From Zygophlyctis sp. KS116 (lineage: Eukaryota; Fungi; Chytridiomycota): 5,256 nucleotides of DNA. The stretch spans positions 1-5,256 of the forward strand of contig BAAFSQ010000489.1 in assembly GCA_054661495.1 (NCBI GenBank), written 5' to 3'. The notes below the pieces were generated by a model. That model was given only the letters and a program-made list of their open reading frames with translations, did not search any database and was not told the DNA's origin. Each line of letters starts with the position of its first letter. Position 1 is the stretch's first letter. Of the stretch, positions 1 to 5,256 are shown piece after piece. The translations under genes were made by a program, and so were the position numbers.

Positions 1-200
1 TTTATCAAAAGTTGCAAAATATTGAACTCTCATGAGTAACCCAGTGCAATCATTTGTGCGACCTTAAAATAACAAAATTTCAGTCATGTTAATGCCGATG
101 AAAATACATGAAACTCTTATTCAAATAAAACGGTATCATTCGGTGCTCTATCTATACTACTCCCGTATAAAATAAATTTCTTAAATTCTTAAATTTATGT

Positions 201-1555
201 CTAATCCTTTTCCAATAAAATATCTATAATAGGAGTCCAGCAACTAGAATTTGCACAATCAGCCCATAAAAAGTCCATGTGTTCGTACTCCTTGATCATT
301 GTCACGGTTGTATGTCGAGGTAAATGACTAGTTAAATATTTTATGTCTGAAATAGAATCAGCTTCTCCATAAACCAAGTGAATCTTAGTAGAGATATGTT
401 TTGTTGGATATTTGGTCACGGTTCTTGTGCTTAATTTAGTTGGTAATGTGGGTGAATAATTGTGAGAGTTTGAATCAAACATTGCGAATTCCCCACTTTC
501 TATTATTTGAAACCAATGCACAATGTTTGTAATGGATGCATCTTCAAATAAATGTCTATATAACAGTTGTCTGCGATTTACAGGCCCAAATTTCTTTAAT
601 TTCCATCCAAAGAGTCCTCTAAGAGCTCCTTCTATTATTTTACAAAATAAAGAAGCTAGCATCAAATTCTTCACAGAATGTACAAATGGTAAGAAAGATC
701 CAGTTCCTAAAATTGGATATAGAATTCTTGGTTGAAAGGTTTTAATCAATCCATTCACATAGTCATTGTTTATAGCTAAAATTAAGATTTAAGATTTACG
801 TTTGGGTCGTAATGCTGGTGCTAAAGCAATTACTTGACTGATTTTTCGATTTAAATCTTCACTGAGTGAAAGAGCTGCAAATACTTTTGATGTACCTTGA
901 GAATATCCTATATAAACCAGGGAAGATTCATTCGTCTTATTTAGAATATAATCAACTACTGCAGGTACATCATATTTTGCCATATGATCAAAAGTAAATT
1001 GCCAAAACTTTAATCTTTCTTCCTTGGGTACTGTTTGAATATCTGGGATATTCTTGGAGTATTTATTACCACGAGTATTGGCTAACCAAACATCAAATCC
1101 TGCATCAGCCAATACAAATGCGAAATTTCTCTCTCGAGAAGTATTACAAACAAATATATCTGATGATATAGATAACCCATGCCTTTTAATTACTTTTTGC
1201 AGATAATACCAGATCAATACAGATTTTCTTTTGGTTAAATGCGGTGTTCCAACAATGTTATCTAGATGTCCATGTGGTATTCTATGTAATCCGATTACAT
1301 ATCCATCCTCAGTAGAGACACGATGCTCTTCATGCGGGTAATTCCTAAAATGAGATCTAATGCATTCTACCAAAATGATATAAATTCTTTTGCTGAATTA
1401 AATCGCATGAGTTGTTTAAGTAACAAGGGGTCATCTTGCTCATCAGTTCCAGCTCTGCGCGTAAAAAAGTGGAATCGTAATTACATTGCTGGCTCTCCTG
1501 TAGATAATGCTAATTTAAAAGCTGTTTTATCTGTTTTGTACCCATAATTCGTCAT
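201..1555 (-). CDS. TGL1: Alpha/beta-hydrolase lipase / sterol esterase (acid lipase family, Tgl1/Yeh-like), 415 aa; exons 1555-1485, 1454-1371, 1344-1210, 1182-800, 775-201
   Basis: Removing four GT-AG introns gives a 1248-nt open frame. It contains the abhydro_lipase N-terminal motif FWNYPHEEHRVSTEDGYVIGLHRI, oxyanion VLIWHGL, LADAGFDVWLANTRGNKYS, FTFDHMAKYDVPAVVDYIL, nucleophile GYSQG, acid YGEADSISD and catalytic His YEHMDFLW. Exon 1 and the start are less certain than the rest, although an in-frame TAA directly precedes ATG 1555. The symbol is a family-level match only. Confidence 0.9.
776..799 (-). other. Spliceosomal intron, 24 nt (lipase intron 4, phase 1)
   Basis: gtaaatcttaaatcttaattttag; removal joins ALAPALRPK-P-INNDYVNGLIK and removes an in-frame TAA. 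Confidence 0.92.
1183..1209 (-). other. Spliceosomal intron, 27 nt, in frame and stop-free (lipase intron 3, phase 2)
   Basis: gtattatctgcaaaaagtaattaaaag; removal restores the conserved VLIW-HGL oxyanion motif, which is otherwise interrupted by YYLQKVIKR. Confidence 0.85.
1345..1370 (-). other. Spliceosomal intron, 26 nt (lipase intron 2, phase 2)
   Basis: gtagaatgcattagatctcattttag; removal gives EFISF-W-NYPHEEH, matching the family pattern xWGYPxEEH. Confidence 0.88.
1455..1484 (-). other. Spliceosomal intron, 30 nt (lipase intron 1, phase 2)
   Basis: gtaattacgattccacttttttacgcgcag; joins the exon starting at ATG 1555 in frame to exon 2. The flanks are not conserved, so support is from splice signals and frame only. 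Confidence 0.72.
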
Positions 1556-1618
1556 TTAAAGGGGAATTTCACGATCGCGTGAGGATAGACTTGGGAAAAG
1601 TTTCATTACAGAGGCAAC

Positions 1619-3274
1619 TTATCTCTTTTTAAAAATATAAGATTTGAAAAAGGCCTTAATGCCCTGTCCCCATTTCCCTGCTTCTGGGCCCCAATCATCA
1701 CTCATGCCCCAAAAGTGCTGATCTTGAAACTTTGGAACCTTATCATCCCTCTTGATTTTTAAATCTTTTGATGCCTTTTTGGCGGAACTGTAGTAGGATG
1801 CTTCAGCAGCATAATCATCAGATACTAAATTATTTGGTGAAGGATTGTGATGCTTTTCTTTTTGACTTTGCTGATTAGTTATATATATATCAGATTGCAT
1901 CTCTTTCAGTCTAGAAACGGCACGTTTAAACGCAAACTTTTCATCTTCTCCAGTAAATATGGCCAACTTTAGCATTTCATTCATACTTTGAGTCTCTGCC
2001 AAAAGATCACCAATCATTTCCTTGTGCATGATTTCAGGAGATTCAATATCTGATATTACAAATAATCTTTCTGGATCAGTTTCAGCTGAACAAATTAGCT
2101 TGATTTTATTCTCATATGCTGCATCGATAAATGTAATGAATCTTCTCGCTTCATTCTTCTCTAAAATTCCCATTTGAGGAATATTTTGAACTATTATTGT
2201 ATGGTATAATTCACATAACTTCAAGTAGTCAGAAACTCCCATTGGGTCTTGACTTGATCCACATAATTGATCAAATGTATATAAAGCAACCCCATTAGCA
2301 GCTCTAGGAACTGTTTGAAGTCGATTGTGAACAGTAAACGTTTCTGTTTTGACTAAATATTATATAAAAATAGATAATTACTTGTTTTTCCGTAGAAAAG
2401 CTTTGAAATTTTTGAAATAAAATCATTAATTTCTTGTTCATCTTCTAATCTAATATTTTAAAAAAATAGAAAAAGTTACTTGAAATACATTTTATCTTTC
2501 ATGCTTGATTCTAGTTTTTTAAAAACTTTATTGGAAATTACCTTTAAGTAGCTCTTCTCTGTAATCTACTTTAGATCTTAAATGTACAATATCCATCCGA
2601 CTATTTAAATAATCGATAAATGGCTGATAAAGAACAGACTTGAACCCAGCAGTATATAAATCATTTGGTAATCTATTTGAGGTTGTAACAATTACAGCAC
2701 CTCTATTAAACAATTCAGTAAATAACTGGGCAATTATAACTCCTGTAGCGACATCAGTGATTTGAAATTCATCTAAACACAATAACCATGATTCTTCAAT
2801 TAGTTGATCTGCCACTACTTGAATTTTCTTATCATGATTTGGCTGATTATGCAACTTTAACAATACCAATTGCATAAAATCATGAAAATGAATCTTTTTC
2901 TTTGATTTTACTGGCACAGTCTGATAAAACAAATCCATTAAATATGTTTTTCCAGTTCTTTTATGAGATTTTATAAATTACCCAACTGATCCAACAATCC
3001 AAATCCCCTTTAGCCTTTTATCATTTGCAGTTTCTATGAGAGGTATTAAACCCATTTCTTGTTTTGTATTTCTAGAAAATATCAGACTCGACTGCGGTCT
3101 AATAGACACTGCCTTTGGAATATATTCCCAACAATCTAGATTTAATTTCTCTAATTTAGTTATTGCTCTATATTGATCCTGATTTGGTTTTATAATGGTT
3201 TTAGCGATTCTTTGTAGGTATTCCGCCATTGGCCCCACTTGAGCCAGCGATGATACAGATAAAAATCTAGACAT
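1619..3274 (-). CDS. AFG1: AFG1-like (LACE1/ZapE family) ATPase, probably mitochondrial, 513 aa; exons 3274-2982, 2957-2542, 2510-2480, 2449-2382, 2352-1619
   Basis: The spliced frame is 1542 nt. Motifs: KGIWIVGSVGTGKTYLMDLFY (Walker A), IHFHDFM, LLCLDEFQITD (Walker B), TTSNRLPNDLY, VDYR, TFDQLCG..MGVSDYL, NEARRFITFIDAAYE, FTGEDEKFAFKRAVSRLKEM. The N-terminus MSRFLSVSSLAQ is rich in Ser, contains Arg and has no acidic residues, which suits a mitochondrial presequence (inference). Confidence 0.94.
2353..2381 (-). other. Spliceosomal intron, 29 nt (AFG1 intron 4, phase 1)
   Basis: gtaattatctatttttatataatatttag; removal gives YGKT-I-KTETFTVHNRLQTVPRAANGVA in frame with the last exon. Confidence 0.88.
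2450..2479 (-). other. Spliceosomal intron, 30 nt (AFG1 intron 3, phase 2)
   Basis: gtaactttttctatttttttaaaatattag; removes an in-frame TAA and gives KMYF-K-LEDEQEINDF. Confidence 0.87.
2511..2541 (-). other. Spliceosomal intron, 31 nt (AFG1 intron 2, phase 1)
   Basis: gtaatttccaataaagtttttaaaaaactag; removal gives VDYREELLK-E-SSMKDKMYF. Confidence 0.85.
2958..2981 (-). other. Spliceosomal intron, 24 nt, inside Walker A (AFG1 intron 1, phase 2)
   Basis: gtaatttataaaatctcataaaag; removal rebuilds GSV-G-TGKT exactly. Confidence 0.95.
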
Positions 3275-3350
3275 TTTTATGTCGAATGATGTAATGTCCG
3301 GAAATCATCAATTTGTGTGCGTCAGACTGCCGACCCTACAGACTTTTTAA
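3275..3350. promoter_or_regulatory. Putative bidirectional promoter (76 nt) between divergent AFG1 and the hypothetical gene
   Basis: Head-to-head ATGs at 3274 (-) and 3351 (+). The gap has a locally GC-richer core (tccgga, gtgtgcgtcagactgccgaccc). Function is inferred from position. Confidence 0.6.
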
Positions 3351-4100
3351 ATGAAATCTTGGATTAAATTCCCAGTCAAGATTCTGCTTCTCTCATGGCT
3401 CTGCTACTCTCTCTTGTATATCGCATGTGACAAGTCAAGTTCAAACTGCCCGCTGCCTGACAGTATTAAAGATTTTAATTTTGAGAAAATTCCAATTTTA
3501 AAGGAAAATGTAGAATTTCTAAAAAACAAATTCTTTCAATTCAAAAAAGATTTAAAATCTACTCCTGTCGGACTAGAAATCGTGAATGTTGCAGATACCC
3601 TTTTTCTTTACTATGACGAATCTGCCCAAATATTTGTAAATCAAATCCTTCCAGAAATTGCAAAGAATTTAAATTATGGAATAGAAAAAGTTCAAATAGG
3701 TTGGGAATGGATGTTGGAGACTGGATTACCTTGGTTACGGGCTCAAGTTGCTATAGGATCTAAATTCTTGCGAAAACTGTTTAATGAATATTATCCTACA
3801 GAATTTATTACTCAAGCCTATCAAGTCTTATCTGAAAGATTTGACTCAATTTATAGAGCTATATACAATCTGAAATTTGTGCAAGATCTCTTTGAAAATG
3901 AAAAAATTATGACTACTTATTCAAAAATTATGGACTATACAGCTGATTTACGTGTAGTAATTTCTAAAAATTTAGGTCTTTGGTTTGTAGAGTATCCAGT
4001 GGTTGGATTTGATTATTTTTGGAGAGTTTTAGAGGATGATGTGTCTGGAGAAGAGTATGAAAAACTATTTAGGTCTATTAGAGGTATTTTTCCTTTATAG
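3351..4100 (+). CDS. Hypothetical protein, 249 aa, N-terminal signal anchor/TM followed by a predicted amphipathic helical region
   Basis: A 750-nt ORF in AT-rich DNA that fills the space between two conserved genes. It has the same tttaaATG start context as the lipase and a hydrophobic stretch ILLLSWLCYSLLYIA followed by CDKSSSNC. I recognise no family. The exact C-terminus could change if a cryptic intron is used. Confidence 0.8.
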   Translation: MKSWIKFPVKILLLSWLCYSLLYIACDKSSSNCPLPDSIKDFNFEKIPILKENVEFLKNKFFQFKKDLKSTPVGLEIVNVADTLFLYYDESAQIFVNQILPEIAKNLNYGIEKVQIGWEWMLETGLPWLRAQVAIGSKFLRKLFNEYYPTEFITQAYQVLSERFDSIYRAIYNLKFVQDLFENEKIMTTYSKIMDYTADLRVVISKNLGLWFVEYPVVGFDYFWRVLEDDVSGEEYEKLFRSIRGIFPL

Positions 4101-4211
4101 ATTCTATAAAATTAAAAAAGAAATTTAATTTCTATTTTGGATTTTTAGACTGTCCAAGAGTCGCATGCATGGCAAATTAGGAATTTAGGGTAGAGCGCGT
4201 GTTTGATTAAG

Positions 4212-5014
4212 ATGGGAGAGTCCAGAAACGATTTACTTGCGTGGATAAATGACCTTACACAGTTGGGTTACACTAAAATAGAACAGTGTGGGTCAGGAGC
4301 GGTTCACTGTGCTGTCATGGACTCTGTTTATCGTGATGTATATATTTAGAATTAATTCTAGGTTCCATTGTCAAAAGTAAAGTTTAATGCAAAACATGAG
4401 TATGAGTACGTTGCAAACTATAAGGTTTTGCAGTCTTGCTTTGATAAGCATAATATTGAAAATGCAATTCCAGTGACTCGTCTGATAAAGTGTAAATTTC
4501 AAGATAATCTCGAGTTTCTTCAATGGATTAAAAAGTATTTTTCTTGTTTTGATACAATAGATACTGGGATCAATTTTATCCTGGTGGAAGCTATGATGCG
4601 CTTGCTAGAAGAAAAGCAGCGGATCCGTTGAGTGTATCACGCTCTTCTTTGGAACAAAAGAAAGGTAGTGCAGGAAATGTTAGATCTGCAAAGACTAGAA
4701 CATCGGCTGCTGTGACTGTAAAGGCTTCAAAGAATGAATTGGAAGAGGAATACCAGAAAATTATTGAGGAATTGACTAGTCAAGTCGCTGAATTGAATGG
4801 GTCTTTGGAACAAGTGACAAAGGAACGTGAATTCTACTTTAATAAGCTTCGAGAAATTGAAATTTATGTTCAAAGTGCAATGGATGAGTCTGAAGGAAGT
4901 AATGATTCAAGTTTGAAAGCAGTGCAAGAAATATTGTACAAGACAGAGGATGGATTTGAAATTCCTGAAACGGAAGATATGGCTCCATCTGTTCCAATGA
5001 CTGCAGCTCATTAA
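4212..5014 (+). CDS. BIM1: EB1/Bim1/Mal3 (MAPRE) microtubule plus-end-binding protein, 250 aa; exons 4212-4337, 4362-4534, 4561-5014
   Basis: The spliced frame is 753 nt. CH domain: MGESRNDLLAWINDLTQLGYTKIEQCGSGA...VPLSKVKF...YEYVANYKVLQ...IPVTRLIKCKFQDNLEFLQWIKKYWDQFYPGGSYDALARR. EBH domain: KEREFYFNKLREIE...VQEILYKTEDGFEIP. Exon 1 is missing from the ORF track. Confidence 0.96.
4338..4361 (+). other. Spliceosomal intron, 24 nt (EB1 intron 1, phase 0)
   Basis: gtatatatttagaattaattctag; removal gives DSVYRD-VPLSKVKF and removes an in-frame TAG. Confidence 0.94.
4535..4560 (+). other. Spliceosomal intron, 26 nt (EB1 intron 2, phase 2)
   Basis: gtatttttcttgttttgatacaatag; removal restores the conserved FLQWIK-K-YWD. 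Confidence 0.95.
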
Positions 5015-5028
5015 GTCAAAATAAAAAT

Positions 5029-5256
5029 TTACAAAAGTTCATCATGTTCATTAGTTCGAGGAAGAGGTGTGACGATTGAGAAGGTTTTAGAGTTTTTTCT
5101 CTTTGGAGAAACAATTATTTCTGGAATTCTTTTTTTTGGTATTTGAAGTGTTGGTGAAGTATTTTCATTATAAACGTGGATGAATTTCTGCTTTATAGGA
5201 GTTTCCTCTCCTGAACTAGATAATCCATCATGAAAATCCATACTGCCGCATTTAAA
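5029..5256 (-). CDS. 3' end of an unidentified gene (partial; frame open to the window edge), Ser/Thr/Pro/Lys-rich and probably disordered tail
   Basis: The frame continues upstream of ATG 5241 (FKCGS-MDFHDG...) with no stop, and ends at TAA 5031-5029, convergent on EB1. I recognise no domain. Confidence 0.55.
   Translation of the reverse strand, partial: FKCGSMDFHDGLSSSGEETPIKQKFIHVYNENTSPTLQIPKKRIPEIIVSPKRKNSKTFSIVTPLPRTNEHDELL

Noticed and set aside
173-197. Short AT-rich tandem duplications (ttcttaaa twice here; aaatctt twice in intron 776-799)
   Set aside because: Two-copy low-complexity repeats are expected by chance in AT-rich DNA, and there is no array, CRISPR or transposon-end structure.
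1-200. Possible gene end on plus (FIKSCKILNSH, candidate intron 36-83) or gene start on minus (ATG 33, MRVQYFATFDK)
   Set aside because: Too short to decide. The 48-nt candidate intron is outside the local size range and neither peptide is recognisable, so flanking sequence is needed.
523-735. 70-aa plus-strand ORF
   Set aside because: It is antisense to the conserved lipase last exon and has no recognisable motif, so it is a shadow ORF.
1323-1547. 74-aa plus-strand ORF
   Set aside because: It is antisense to lipase exons 1-3 and has no recognisable features.
3952-3975. Intron-like gtaatttctaaaaatttag inside the hypothetical ORF
   Set aside because: The GTA-starting versions are 19 or 22 nt, below the observed 24-nt minimum, and would truncate an otherwise open frame. 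The 24-nt version starts GTG. Not excluded without RNA-seq.
4084-4120. Possible terminal intron starting gtattt near the stop of the hypothetical ORF
   Set aside because: The available acceptors give 17 or 37 nt, both outside the 24-31 nt range, and there is no homology to test it.
4561-4631. Apparent overlapping gene pair 4368-4631 and 4628-5014 resembling prokaryotic translational coupling
   Set aside because: Both are pieces of EB1. The end of the first ORF is read-through of intron 4535-4560 in the wrong frame, and both 'starts' are internal TTG codons.
201-5014. Pseudogenes, programmed frameshifts or a stop-reassigned genetic code as the cause of the fragmented ORFs
   Set aside because: Every break is exactly repaired by removing a GTA...AG segment. 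The spliced frames are stop-free under the standard code and catalytic motifs are intact.
201-5014. Functional gene cluster linking lipase, AFG1, the unknown protein and EB1
   Set aside because: The products belong to unrelated housekeeping processes, and adjacency is explained by genome compaction.
5032-5046. HDEL-like ER retention signal (HDELL-stop)
   Set aside because: HDEL must be the extreme C-terminus. Here an extra Leu follows, and the tail looks cytosolic or nuclear.

Overview
This is AT-rich, very compact eukaryotic DNA, and the proteins look fungal. An early-diverging fungus such as a chytrid or rozellid is my inference, not something the sequence proves. The ORF track is fragmented because the genes are split by ten tiny GT-AG introns of 24-31 nt. 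Splicing them by hand gives three intact conserved genes: an alpha/beta-hydrolase lipase/sterol esterase (minus, 1555..201, 5 exons, 415 aa), an AFG1/LACE1/ZapE-family ATPase (minus, 3274..1619, 5 exons, 513 aa) and the EB1/Bim1 microtubule plus-end protein (plus, 4212..5014, 3 exons, 250 aa). There is also an apparently intronless 249-aa membrane-anchored protein of unknown function (plus, 3351..4100) and the 3' end of a gene running off the right edge (minus). Intergenic gaps are only 63, 76, 111 and 14 nt. I found no mobile element, CRISPR array, RNA gene or novel enzyme system. The notable biology is the miniature intron architecture (invariant GTA donor, candidate branch A 7-9 nt from the 3' end, in-frame stops in 8 of 10 introns), the extreme gene packing, and a few protein oddities.
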